A stretch of 64,000 nt of DNA from a virus, in IMG/VR virus record IMGVR_UViG_3300043399_000587, positions 1-64,000 of that record. One strand, 5' to 3'. Made by a program: the position numbers and the translations under genes. The notes below the pieces were generated by a model, which did not search any database, had not been told where the DNA came from, and saw nothing but the letters and a program-made list of their open reading frames with translations. This document shows, one piece after another, positions 37,784 through 47,962 of this stretch. The first letter of the stretch is position 1. Every line of letters begins with the position of its first letter.

Positions 37784-38218
37784 ATGCAAATTGACTTAAA
37801 TAAGTACCAATCTTTTGTAAAGGCAGTAACTAGTGAACCTAGCAACGATTTAACAACATTTATAAATCGCTGTGATACATTAGACGGCAACTATGATTTC
37901 ACAAACAATCAGCATGGGCCTGATATTAACGTTCCATTATTGCTTACTGCATGTCTGGGACTTGCCGCAGAAAGCGGGGAATTCATTGAGATACCCAAGA
38001 AGATTTTCTTTCAGGGTAAGCCTCTTAATGAAGAAAATCGTTTCCATATGAAGCGTGAGTTGGGTGACATTATTTGGTATTGGATCAATGCTTGTAGGGC
38101 ACTTGGATACGATCCAAATGATGTCATTGCCGAGAATGTTAAAAAGTTAGAATCAAGGTATCCGGGAGGTCACTTTGATCCTCACTATTCAGAGAATCGT
38201 AAAGTAGGGGACCTCTGA
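37784..38218 (+). CDS. MazG-like nucleotide pyrophosphohydrolase
   Basis: LGLAAESGE..E..KK, ELGDIIWY, N..KL..RYP. Confidence 0.88.
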   Translation: MQIDLNKYQSFVKAVTSEPSNDLTTFINRCDTLDGNYDFTNNQHGPDINVPLLLTACLGLAAESGEFIEIPKKIFFQGKPLNEENRFHMKRELGDIIWYWINACRALGYDPNDVIAENVKKLESRYPGGHFDPHYSENRKVGDL

Positions 38219-38219
38219 T

Positions 38220-38438
38220 ATGGTTTTTTGGGAAGACGGACTTTATTTGTTTACTCCCGAAGAGTTTGATCAGCTTCCCGATGGGATAGAGTTATTTTCT
38301 ATTAATGGACATTCTGCAATTAAGGGAAAAGACTACATTGATCAAGATGTTAGATATGGGCATCTTGCTTTTGGGGTAAAAGATCCCTGGAATCATGAAT
38401 TAAAAAACCTGTTCTTGCTTTTCAAACTAAAGCAGTAA
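38220..38438 (+). CDS. Hypothetical protein
   Basis: ORF following the MazG-like gene. Confidence 0.6.
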   Translation: MVFWEDGLYLFTPEEFDQLPDGIELFSINGHSAIKGKDYIDQDVRYGHLAFGVKDPWNHELKNLFLLFKLKQ

Positions 38439-38478
38439 GAACAGATTCCTGATAAATACTCGATATTAGGAATTAATC

Positions 38479-39276
38479 ATGACTGTCAGTTCAATAGCAA
38501 CCCCAATGAGTACTCCTTCTAGTCTAACACTAGATGAGTTAAAAGAAGCACTATTCAATAATATTCGCCTACGTTTAGGTGGCGATATTATTGACCTAGA
38601 ACTTGACCCCCAGCACTATGAAGCAGCGTTTAATTATGCAATAAAAATTTATCGCCAAAGAGCGCAAAATGCTACAGTCGAATCGTATACGTTGATGACA
38701 GTTAATAAAAACGTAGATACTTATACGTTACCTAGCGAATTTATCAATGTTAGATGTCTGTATCGTAGAACAGTTGGATTAGAAACAGGTCCTAGTTCTA
38801 CCTCATTTGATCCATTTAGTAGTGCTATTCTTAATACCTATTTGTTGAACTATAATTATACTGGTGGTATGGCTACATACGATTTCTACGCAGGGTATGT
38901 AGAATTAGCAGCACGTATGTTTGGTGGATATGTCAATTATACATTTAATCCAGTAACCAAAGTACTAAGAGTTGTTCGTGATTTTAAGGGTAGCGGAGAA
39001 CGAATATTAATTTGGGCAGACGTTCAAAGACCTATAGAAGAATTGTTGCAGGATCCAGGCGCTGGCGTTTGGATTGGTGATTTCACATTAGCAGTACTTA
39101 AAGGTATCATTGGTGAAGCGCGTGAAAAGTTTGGTAGTATTGCAGGCCCGGGCGGAGGTACCACATTAAATGGCACTGCTATGAAGAATGAATCAAAAAC
39201 ACTACAAGACGCACTTATAGAAGATTTACGAAGATATCAGGATTATTCACAACCATTGACATGGATACAAGGTTAA
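38479..39276 (+). CDS. Neck protein (T4 gp13-like)
   Basis: LRLG..IIDLEL, IGEAREKF..I.GPGGGTTLNG. Confidence 0.75.
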   Translation: MTVSSIATPMSTPSSLTLDELKEALFNNIRLRLGGDIIDLELDPQHYEAAFNYAIKIYRQRAQNATVESYTLMTVNKNVDTYTLPSEFINVRCLYRRTVGLETGPSSTSFDPFSSAILNTYLLNYNYTGGMATYDFYAGYVELAARMFGGYVNYTFNPVTKVLRVVRDFKGSGERILIWADVQRPIEELLQDPGAGVWIGDFTLAVLKGIIGEAREKFGSIAGPGGGTTLNGTAMKNESKTLQDALIEDLRRYQDYSQPLTWIQG

Positions 39277-39288
39277 TTTAAGAGGATT

Positions 39289-39900
39289 ATGATAATAGGT
39301 TTATCTGGAAGAATAGGTTCCGGCAAAGACACTGTTGCTGATTACTTAGAAAAACAACACGGCTTTAACCGATACAGTTATGCAAATGCAGTAAAAGATT
39401 GCCTTTCATTATTATTTGGATGGGACCGTGAATTATTAAATGGGTACACAAAAGAAAGTAGAACTTTTAGAGAACAACCTGATGTATGGTGGTCTAAACG
39501 TCTGGGCATAGAAAATTTTTCACCTAGATTTGCAATGCAATATATTGCCACTGATGTATTTAGGAAACATTTTCATGATCAAATTTGGGTAGCCAGCTTA
39601 GAAAAGAAACTTCAAAGCGAAACAAAAAACTGTGTTGTTACTGATTGTAGGTTTGTAAATGAATTTTATAGCATCAAAAGTTTGAATGGATTGACAATTA
39701 GAATTGAACGCGGTGAAAATCCAGACTGGTATCAATATGCCAAAGATTTAACAAATTCATATAATTTAGAAAAGCTACGTGAATTTAATGTACATGCTAG
39801 TGAATATGAAAGTGTTTATTTACCTTATGATCATATTATTAATAATGACGAAACACTTGAAGATTTGTATAAAAAAATAGAATCAGTGATCAACAATTAA
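39289..39900 (+). CDS. Deoxynucleoside monophosphate kinase (T4 gp1-like)
   Basis: GLSGRIGSGKDT, SPR..MQ...TD, VTDCRF.NE, HASE. Confidence 0.88.
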   Translation: MIIGLSGRIGSGKDTVADYLEKQHGFNRYSYANAVKDCLSLLFGWDRELLNGYTKESRTFREQPDVWWSKRLGIENFSPRFAMQYIATDVFRKHFHDQIWVASLEKKLQSETKNCVVTDCRFVNEFYSIKSLNGLTIRIERGENPDWYQYAKDLTNSYNLEKLREFNVHASEYESVYLPYDHIINNDETLEDLYKKIESVINN

Positions 39901-40236
39901 ATCACCACGTTTCCAAGTAACCTCATTTTTCTTAACGACTTCTACACAATTGAGGCATATGCTACGAAGATTACTTGGAGCTATGTTTTCTAATTGCCCA
40001 TCTACATGAAAAACTATTATTTGTGATTGCAGTAAACTTCTGAAACCGCACAAATCACAGTTAGTTTTCTTTTTATAGCCCCCTTTCGACCACAAGGATT
40101 TACGGGGCTTTAATTTTTTTTTCTTACGGCCGCACTCATCACAGATACTTCTGTAATGAGTAACTCCTTCACGGATGTAGTTTATTGCTTTGTAATTTTT
40201 ATTACATTCGTTGCACATAGGACGTTTGGTAGGCAT
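39883..40236 (-). CDS. Zn-binding protein with a degenerate HNH-like C-terminal domain
   Basis: Four CxxC pairs; VFHVDG...N....NL..ICLNC. Confidence 0.6.
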   Translation of the reverse strand: MPTKRPMCNECNKNYKAINYIREGVTHYRSICDECGRKKKKLKPRKSLWSKGGYKKKTNCDLCGFRSLLQSQIIVFHVDGQLENIAPSNLRSICLNCVEVVKKNEVTWKRGDLIVDH

Positions 40237-40357
40237 ATAGTATTTATAGCAGCTAACCTTCGAAGGTACATCAACTCCATATTTTTTTGTTTTTTTCATA
40301 AATAATAGTATGCATTTTAGGTGGTAAACCTCATAATTTTACATAAAGGAAAACAAA

Positions 40358-43300
40358 ATGGCATTAACATCTCCAGGCGTAGAAGTTACAGTAATTGATC
40401 AGAGTCAGTATCTTCCAGCCGCACCAGGTTCCGTACCGTTCGTTCTATTAGCTACAGCACAAAATAAAGCCGATCCAAATGGCGCAGGCATAGCTCAAGG
40501 AACGACCGCAGCAAACGCAAATAAATTATACCAAGTTACAAGTCAACGTGATCTTGTAACTCTATTTGGAAATCCAACGTTCTATACTACCAGTAATGGT
40601 ACACCTATTCAAGGATATGAACTCAATGAATATGGTCTTTTAGCTGCTTACTCTGTATTAGGCGTTACAAATCGTTGCTATGTATTAAGAGCAGATATTG
40701 ATTTAGCAAGTCTTGTTGGACAAACAGGTCGTCCAGTTGGATCTCCTACAAATGGCACATATTGGTTAGACACTACCTCATCTCAATGGGGCATTTATGA
40801 ATTCAATGCTACTACTGGAAACTTCACACTACAAGATCCTATCGTCATTACAGATGCTGCAGATTTATCCGGTGGTGTTCCTTTAGCATCAATTGGAAAC
40901 ATAGGCGATTATGCAGTAGTTGCAAGTTCATTATATAACTTAACCCCTTTAGCTGCACAACAATTTTTTTATAAAACAACCAACAATGGTTGGGTAGAAA
41001 TAGGAACCGCTAATTGGAGAGATGATTGGCCTACAGCACAAGGAACAGAATCTAATCCAACATTGACAGCAGGTGATTCCTTCGACTTGAACATAACAGG
41101 ACAAGCAACAGTAACAATTACTGTTCCTGACGCTGGTGGAGGTGTTGGTACTGTTGCTGGAGTAGCCAACGAAATAAATTCTTTGAGTTGGGGATATTTA
41201 TCTGCTGCAGTGCGCGATGGCAAATTATGTATCTTCTTAGATTTTCCAGAAGGACAGGCTGCACCACCGAGGTATGTTGGTTTAACTAACAACACTAATT
41301 CTCCATTGGATGACATGGGAATCGACGAGGGTAATTATTACCAACCAATACTTGTTTGGGGAACAGGTGCTCAACAACCAACATGGCAGCAAGGTCAGAC
41401 TTTTCCTAGACCTACTGGTTCTGTTTGGATGAAAGCAGGTGGCACAGGGTTGGCTCCTGTAGTAGAAGAATGGGATAGCACACTGCAAGATTGGGTAACT
41501 AAAGAAGTACAGCTCTACACTTCTGATGCTGCTGCAAATGCGGGATTAGATCCAACCGGTGGGCAAGCAATACCTGCAGGCACAATTTATGGACAGTACA
41601 ATTTTAACAATAACTTAAGAAATTCTCCTGTGTATTTATGGAAACGTGCAGCTACTGGACCTACAGTAGTAACTGGAACTAACACAAGCCCAGATTTTTC
41701 AAGTTTAGCTCCATTAGGAACAGGGCCATATACATTGCGAGTTTCAGTAACCCAGCCAAACTCACCTACGTTATCACCTGCATATACGGTGACAATTCCT
41801 GAAGGTTCGGATGCAACAGATTTTGTTACGGCATGGATCGGAGCAGGTATTCCTTATACTTCGGCTTCAGTGGCTTCGTCTGGTGCTATACAATTGACTC
41901 ATAATTTAGGTGGATCAATTTTAATAACAGATCAGATACAATCAGGACCTAATTTTGGATATTCTAATGGGGTATTAGTAGAAGCAGGATTCATTGCCGG
42001 AACAACTGAAGGTGTAAAATATTATAACTCTTTGTTAACTAATTTTACAGGTATTGCACAGTCTTCAACTTCAGGCAGTGGAACAGGATGCACTTTTTCT
42101 GTAACTACTTCATACGATGTATACGTACCAGTACAAACATTCGGTGGAGGAGGTGGCTCAGGTTATGCAGTGGGCGACGTCGTAACTATTGATGGTACAG
42201 ATTTGGGCGGTGCATCCCCAGCTAATGATTTAGAATTAATAGTTGCTCAAGTTGGTGTGGGTGGCGCAATTCAGGCTGTGCAATACAGCACAGGTGTATC
42301 AAGCACTTTATATTTGATTGAATTGAGTAACTGGAGAGAGTTTGATTATACTGCAAACGAAGGTGCACCAGTAGCAAATCCAGCAAATAACACCAATTGG
42401 TTCTATAGCGTTGTCGATGAAGTTGATATTATGGTCAACTACAATGGTAACTGGAAAGGTTATAAGAATCAGAATTATGACTTAAATGGATTCCCAACAC
42501 CAAGTGGTGTTAACGCAACTGATCCTAATGGTCCTATCGTAAGTGCTAGTGCTCCGGAAACTCAAAGTGATGGTACTGCATTAGTATATGGTGACTTATG
42601 GATTGATACAAGCAACCTAGAAAATTATCCTGTGATTTACCGTTGGCAATCAGTAAATGGTGAAAATCAGTGGGTATTAATTGATAATTCAGATCAATTA
42701 AATCCAAATGGTGTTGTGTTTGCAGATGCACGCTGGGCTACAAATGGAACAACCAGTGTTACAAATGATCCTATCCCAACAATTCAAAGCCTACTAACAA
42801 GTAATTATCTAGATTTAGATGCTCCAGAATCAAGCTTATATCCAACTGGCATGTTGTTATTCAACACACGCCGTTCAGGGTACAATGTCAAGCAATTCAA
42901 ACAGAATTACTTCAACAGTACTAATTTCCCAGGTGCATCTCTACCAACAGAAAGAAATGCTTGGGTATCAGTAAGTGGTCTACAAAGCAACGGTGCACCA
43001 TATATGGGTCGTAAGGCACAACGTGCAATGGTAGTAGAAGCATTGCGTAGTGCAATTGACACTAACACAGACATCCGTGATGAAGATAACTTCTTCAACC
43101 TAATGGCAACTCCTAACTATCCAGAACTACAACCTAACATGGTTGTATTGAATGCAGATCGTGGCGAAACTGGATATATCTTAGGTGACACTCCAATGGG
43201 TCTAAGTGATAGTGCTACTGCAATTCAAGCATGGGCTACTAACGCAGCAGGTGCAGCAAGCACTGGTGAAGATGGGTGTGTTACACGTAACACATACTTA

Positions 43301-43945
43301 GGTCTATTCTATCCAAGTGGAATTACAAATGACTTAAGTGGAAACTTAGTTGCAGTTCCTGCGTCACACATGATGCTAAGAACATTCATTAGAAACGATA
43401 CAATCGCTTATCCTTGGTTAGCTGCTGCTGGTACTCGTCGTGGTATCATCGACAATGCTGCAAACATTGGTTATGTAAATCGTCAAACTGGTGAATTCCA
43501 AGTTATCAAAACACGTATAGGCATTCGTGATGTGTTGTATGTAAACTTCATTAACCCATTAGTGTTCTTCACTGGTCAGGGTCTATTGAACTACGGTAAC
43601 AAGACTAGCTTCAACTCTCAAAGTGCGTTAGACAGAACTAACGTTGCACGTTTAGTTGCTTACATTCGTAGACAATTAACTCTTGCCGGCAGACCATACG
43701 TCTTTGAACCTAACGATGCATTTACACGTGGTCAGATTAAGAATACATGTGAATCTCTAATGTTAGATTTGGTTGCTAAACGCGGTGTTTATGACTTCTT
43801 GGTAGTTTGTGATGAGAGTAATAACACCCCTGCTAGAATTGACAGAAATGAACTTTGGGTTGATATTGCAATTGAACCTGTTAAGGCAGTTGAATTTATC
43901 TACATCCCAGTTCGTATCTTGAACACAGGAGAACTAGGAGCCTAA
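40358..43945 (+). CDS. Contractile tail sheath protein (gp18-like), 1195 aa
   Basis: SPGVEVTVID, PWLAAAG.RRG, INP, SALDR.NV.RL, FEPND, VCDESNNTP.RIDRNEL, PVKAVEFI. Confidence 0.95.
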   Translation: MALTSPGVEVTVIDQSQYLPAAPGSVPFVLLATAQNKADPNGAGIAQGTTAANANKLYQVTSQRDLVTLFGNPTFYTTSNGTPIQGYELNEYGLLAAYSVLGVTNRCYVLRADIDLASLVGQTGRPVGSPTNGTYWLDTTSSQWGIYEFNATTGNFTLQDPIVITDAADLSGGVPLASIGNIGDYAVVASSLYNLTPLAAQQFFYKTTNNGWVEIGTANWRDDWPTAQGTESNPTLTAGDSFDLNITGQATVTITVPDAGGGVGTVAGVANEINSLSWGYLSAAVRDGKLCIFLDFPEGQAAPPRYVGLTNNTNSPLDDMGIDEGNYYQPILVWGTGAQQPTWQQGQTFPRPTGSVWMKAGGTGLAPVVEEWDSTLQDWVTKEVQLYTSDAAANAGLDPTGGQAIPAGTIYGQYNFNNNLRNSPVYLWKRAATGPTVVTGTNTSPDFSSLAPLGTGPYTLRVSVTQPNSPTLSPAYTVTIPEGSDATDFVTAWIGAGIPYTSASVASSGAIQLTHNLGGSILITDQIQSGPNFGYSNGVLVEAGFIAGTTEGVKYYNSLLTNFTGIAQSSTSGSGTGCTFSVTTSYDVYVPVQTFGGGGGSGYAVGDVVTIDGTDLGGASPANDLELIVAQVGVGGAIQAVQYSTGVSSTLYLIELSNWREFDYTANEGAPVANPANNTNWFYSVVDEVDIMVNYNGNWKGYKNQNYDLNGFPTPSGVNATDPNGPIVSASAPETQSDGTALVYGDLWIDTSNLENYPVIYRWQSVNGENQWVLIDNSDQLNPNGVVFADARWATNGTTSVTNDPIPTIQSLLTSNYLDLDAPESSLYPTGMLLFNTRRSGYNVKQFKQNYFNSTNFPGASLPTERNAWVSVSGLQSNGAPYMGRKAQRAMVVEALRSAIDTNTDIRDEDNFFNLMATPNYPELQPNMVVLNADRGETGYILGDTPMGLSDSATAIQAWATNAAGAASTGEDGCVTRNTYLGLFYPSGITNDLSGNLVAVPASHMMLRTFIRNDTIAYPWLAAAGTRRGIIDNAANIGYVNRQTGEFQVIKTRIGIRDVLYVNFINPLVFFTGQGLLNYGNKTSFNSQSALDRTNVARLVAYIRRQLTLAGRPYVFEPNDAFTRGQIKNTCESLMLDLVAKRGVYDFLVVCDESNNTPARIDRNELWVDIAIEPVKAVEFIYIPVRILNTGELGA

Positions 43946-43948
43946 TTT

Positions 43949-43970
43949 AGAAGGGGATTCTTCCCCTTCT
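43949..43970 (+). terminator. Hairpin after the sheath gene
   Basis: AGAAGGGGA-TTCT-TCCCCTTCT. Confidence 0.65.
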
Positions 43971-44017
43971 ATCTTAACTTTAGTTAGAGATAAATAATAT
44001 AAACAGGAGAAATAAAA

Positions 44018-44710
44018 ATGGCAGCAGCCTCATATTCATTAAGTAACTTATCGGTAAAGCCAGATGGTCAAGAGAACCAAGGCTTATTGATGCCGAAGTT
44101 ACAATTCAGATTTAGAATGACATTTTTTAACTTTGGTTTGGGTGATAATGACTTGCAACTAACAAGACAAGTCATCGATCTTTCTCGTCCAAACTTGTCA
44201 TTTGCTAAAATCACATTACCTGTATACAACTCAACATTGTATATGGCTGGTAAACACACATGGCAACCGATGACAGTTAACTTACGTGATGACGCGGGTG
44301 GCAACGTTTCTAGATTGGTTGGCGAACAACTACAAAAACAATTAGACTTCGTAGAACAAGCAAGCGCATCAGCAGCAAGTGATTATAAGTTTTCTGCTTA
44401 TATTGACATTCTTGACGGTGGAAACGGTGCATATGAAGCAAACATCCTAGAACGTTGGGAACTATATGGATGCTACCTTGAATCCGTAAACTGGAATACA
44501 TTGAACTACGGCACTTCAGAAGATGTAAGAATTGCATTAACAATTCAATTTGATAATGCTGTTCAATCCGATGGTTCTGATGGATTAGATGGAGCTCCAG
44601 CAGGTGTTGGTATCGGTGCAGGTGGAATTAATGGTCGTCAACCTACAGTAGGTGACGTTGGTTTGACAACTGGCGTGGGTGAAGGCGGCACAGCCGGCGC
44701 ACTAGGATAA
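44018..44710 (+). CDS. Tail tube protein (gp19-like)
   Basis: PKLQFRFR, YMAGKHTW.P, WELYGC, IQFDNA; directly after the sheath gene. Confidence 0.85.
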   Translation: MAAASYSLSNLSVKPDGQENQGLLMPKLQFRFRMTFFNFGLGDNDLQLTRQVIDLSRPNLSFAKITLPVYNSTLYMAGKHTWQPMTVNLRDDAGGNVSRLVGEQLQKQLDFVEQASASAASDYKFSAYIDILDGGNGAYEANILERWELYGCYLESVNWNTLNYGTSEDVRIALTIQFDNAVQSDGSDGLDGAPAGVGIGAGGINGRQPTVGDVGLTTGVGEGGTAGALG

Positions 44711-44743
44711 TTTCAGGTTGATAATCGGCCGAGTTTATAATCA

Positions 44744-45706
44744 ATGGCATATTACGGTGACAATATTCAAAAGCCGAACTTAGGTTCGGCTTATTTGAGA
44801 GACTTTACACATGCTGCTAAGATATTTAGGCCAGGGTCGTATGACGTTGCGCCTAAATTTAAATTCCTGTTTCATACGTTTTTTGATATAAATCCCGTAG
44901 CTTATAATCGAAATGCTAACACCGGAGATAACTTCGGTGTGTTAGTTAAGAGTGTTAGGTTACCTTCTTTTAGTATAAAAACTCAAGAGTTAAATCAATA
45001 CAATCGAAAACGAATTATTCAAACTAAAATAAATTACGAACCCATAAACATCACGTTTCATGATGACAACATTAACATGATTACGAAATTATGGGATGCA
45101 TATTATACATATTATTACAAAGATGCTACCAATTTTAATGGATTAATTAATGGAAGCAGAACTAACAATACAGAAAATGCACAAGTTAATAATAATGCCA
45201 ATTGGAATACTCGAAATATATATGATGGTGATTTGACTGGGGAAAACAATTGGGGTTACATTGGTGAAAATTTTGGCGCCGGTGGTATTACCAAAGCACC
45301 TTTTTTTAGAAACATTACGATATTCGGATTTAATAGGCATAACTTTACTGCATACACTTTGATTAATCCTATGATTACAAAAATGGATCATGATACATAT
45401 AATTATAGTGAAGCGGCAGGAACTATGGAAATTAAAATGGATATAAACTATGAAACCGTAGTTTATAATGAAGGTGCTATGGATGGTAAAACACCAGATA
45501 ATATTGTTCAAAGTTTCGGATTAGATGCATTCTATGATAAAACACTAAGTACTATAACTCCAGCTGGTGCCAATTCCGCAGAAACAGGTCCTGGTGGGTA
45601 TAAAGATGCAAACGGTGGTTCTATTAGAACTATGAATCCTAGAAATCAAAATAGATCAGGTAACCTACCAAGTAATTATCCTTATAGCATATACGGAAGG
45701 GGATGA
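44744..45706 (+). CDS. Tail-tube-fold protein (baseplate/tube initiator-like)
   Basis: VKSVRLP.F....NQYNRKR....INYEP..ITFHDD. Confidence 0.6.
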   Translation: MAYYGDNIQKPNLGSAYLRDFTHAAKIFRPGSYDVAPKFKFLFHTFFDINPVAYNRNANTGDNFGVLVKSVRLPSFSIKTQELNQYNRKRIIQTKINYEPINITFHDDNINMITKLWDAYYTYYYKDATNFNGLINGSRTNNTENAQVNNNANWNTRNIYDGDLTGENNWGYIGENFGAGGITKAPFFRNITIFGFNRHNFTAYTLINPMITKMDHDTYNYSEAAGTMEIKMDINYETVVYNEGAMDGKTPDNIVQSFGLDAFYDKTLSTITPAGANSAETGPGGYKDANGGSIRTMNPRNQNRSGNLPSNYPYSIYGRG

Positions 45707-45707
45707 T

Positions 45708-45980
45708 ATGTCATCAATCAATACAGCCAACAATCCTAACGTATCATATAACTATCAAAAGAATCCTAATTTAACTGCATCAAATTTTGCACAATCACAA
45801 GCAGGATTGATTATATCTAATAGAGATAGACCTAATGTAAATAGAAATGCAAGATTCATTTTTCCAGCAAACATGAGTACTCCTAATTATGGTGCAGGTT
45901 CACCGACTCTTTTAGCAAGAACAGGCCCCGCTACAATTGATGGAGAATTTTTATACGCAGGACGTCAGGTGACAGCATAA
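45708..45980 (+). CDS. Hypothetical protein
   Basis: ORF in the tail operon. Confidence 0.5.
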   Translation: MSSINTANNPNVSYNYQKNPNLTASNFAQSQAGLIISNRDRPNVNRNARFIFPANMSTPNYGAGSPTLLARTGPATIDGEFLYAGRQVTA

Positions 45981-45981
45981 T

Positions 45982-46350
45982 ATGGCAAGAATTATTGATG
46001 ATCGATCAACCTCACTAGATAGAACTGTACAAATCTTTGATTCATTCTATCAAACCGATTTAAAAGTTGGCGCAAGCCAATTTGACATTGTGCATGGCTA
46101 CTTTACTAGTGTATGTGGCACAAAAAACATAGCGGATAACTTTACTACCGTATTATTTAGAATATCTACGCAAACGGGTGTTGATGTCTTAACTCTACTT
46201 GATGAGTTAAAAGGCAAAAACACAAACAAATTACAAATGAATCAGCAAATTTGTTACTGGTTGAACAGTTTAAAATCTAAAACTTCATTATACGGAATCG
46301 CAGTGATTCCTCAGCCAGTAGTTCCTGTTGCAAGAAACGTAGTTTTATGA
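45982..46350 (+). CDS. Hypothetical protein
   Basis: ORF in the tail operon. Confidence 0.65.
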   Translation: MARIIDDRSTSLDRTVQIFDSFYQTDLKVGASQFDIVHGYFTSVCGTKNIADNFTTVLFRISTQTGVDVLTLLDELKGKNTNKLQMNQQICYWLNSLKSKTSLYGIAVIPQPVVPVARNVVL

Positions 46351-46351
46351 T

Positions 46352-46789
46352 ATGGCAAAATGGGCGCAAGGCATCTACACTCCCAAAAACCCTCAAAAAT
46401 ATATAGGGAATCATAATCCCAAATATAGATCGGGTTGGGAACTTACGTTTATGACGTTTTGTGATAGTCATAAAAATGTGTTGTATTGGGCCAGTGAAGC
46501 ATTAAGAATCCCCTACAAAAATCCCCTAACAGGAAAACAAACTATATATGTTCCTGATTTCTTCGTTGTTTATCAAAACAAGTACGGCAAGCAAATTGCT
46601 GAAGTCGTAGAAATAAAACCTAAAAAACAAAGTCTAATTGAAAGTAAAGTTTCTAACGCCAAAGATAGAGCGATTGTAGCTATTAATCATGCTAAGTGGG
46701 CTTCGGCTATGGCATATTGTAAAAGTCAAGGTTATACTTTTAGAGTAATTACAGAAGACGACCTTTTCTATAATGGACGCAACCGTTAA
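46352..46789 (+). CDS. Head completion nuclease (T4 gp4-like, TnsA-like PD-(D/E)XK)
   Basis: PKNPQKY.G, YRSGWE, WASE...IPY, YVPDF, EIKP, FRVITE. Confidence 0.85.
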   Translation: MAKWAQGIYTPKNPQKYIGNHNPKYRSGWELTFMTFCDSHKNVLYWASEALRIPYKNPLTGKQTIYVPDFFVVYQNKYGKQIAEVVEIKPKKQSLIESKVSNAKDRAIVAINHAKWASAMAYCKSQGYTFRVITEDDLFYNGRNR

Positions 46790-46800
46790 TAAATACGGGT

Positions 46801-47283
46801 ATGACTAAGAAACTTGAAGAACTGTTTGAATTTCCTTCTGACGATAAGGAAGCCAACGAATCTATATTAGAAAAGGTAGCTGCTGATTCTATAACTCAGG
46901 ATGCACTTTCAAACATTGAGAAGATAGAAAACGCATTACCTCAGGTCCGCGGTTTAGAAGCCACAGATACTGAGATGGATGATCTAGCTGAATTAGCAAA
47001 GAATAGTTATAAAGATTTGATGGATTTGGGTATGCAAGTCGATAGCAGGTTTAGTGCTGAAATTTTTGGAATAGCTGGCAACATGTTAGGTCATGCTATA
47101 ACTGCTAAGACAGCAAAAGTCAATAAAAAGCTTAAAATGATTGAGCTACAACTTAAAAAAGCAGCATTAGATCACAAGCTAGCAGTTAAGAATGAAGAAG
47201 TAGAAGCTACACCATTAGGCGACGGACAACTTTTAGACCGAAACGAACTGCTTAAAATATTGGCTAACAAAAAAGACAAATAA
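46801..47283 (+). CDS. Hypothetical late protein, possibly terminase small subunit
   Basis: Helical, 160 aa, weak by-eye similarity to gp16 (SRFSAEIF; DRNELL). Confidence 0.35.
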   Translation: MTKKLEELFEFPSDDKEANESILEKVAADSITQDALSNIEKIENALPQVRGLEATDTEMDDLAELAKNSYKDLMDLGMQVDSRFSAEIFGIAGNMLGHAITAKTAKVNKKLKMIELQLKKAALDHKLAVKNEEVEATPLGDGQLLDRNELLKILANKKDK

Positions 47284-47312
47284 TGATAAATATAAGATAA
47301 TTGAGGAATAAT

Positions 47313-47948
47313 ATGATCAAGCATAGTTTAAAACACTATATAACCGAAAGTGTAAAGCTTTACGATTATACTATCAAAATCGCCGGAGAAGTAGATAAAA
47401 ACTTCTGTGATTTGTTTTGTCATAATCTTAAAGAGAAATTTGATGCGGTTGAAATAAGTAAACCTGTAACTACACCTATACAAAAAGATCCATATGGATT
47501 TCCTGATTTGCGTAATCAATCTATAACTATAATCAAAGCAAATTTCAGATACCCTGCTACTGAACCAATGATTCAACAAATCGCACAATTGTTAGGTTAT
47601 AACGTAAATTTGGTTCGTGCTGTGCAAACTAATTACAACGACAGCATCAATAGCGAGGCAGAAGGTTATGCTAATGAAGGTAGCCACAGTCCTCTATTAA
47701 ATCATACTGAACTAGAAGAACAGCCAGGCGCTAAAGAAGCAAATAAAGCATACGGCGACTCATATCGCCAAAGCATCAAAGATCAAATGAAGGGTAATGA
47801 AATACAAATGCAATATGCAGGTAAGCAAACACCCAATGCATTTGATCCTTTCAAGGCTATTCCACAAGATCCAAAAGGTGGCAATAGCCCTATGAGTAAA
47901 ATTACAAGACCAGCCAAACCAAAAACTGGGGCTGCTTTTAACAAATAA
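47313..47948 (+). CDS. Hypothetical late protein
   Basis: GATAAATA box and GAGGA RBS. Confidence 0.7.
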   Translation: MIKHSLKHYITESVKLYDYTIKIAGEVDKNFCDLFCHNLKEKFDAVEISKPVTTPIQKDPYGFPDLRNQSITIIKANFRYPATEPMIQQIAQLLGYNVNLVRAVQTNYNDSINSEAEGYANEGSHSPLLNHTELEEQPGAKEANKAYGDSYRQSIKDQMKGNEIQMQYAGKQTPNAFDPFKAIPQDPKGGNSPMSKITRPAKPKTGAAFNK

Positions 47949-47962
47949 TAAGGAAATAAAAA

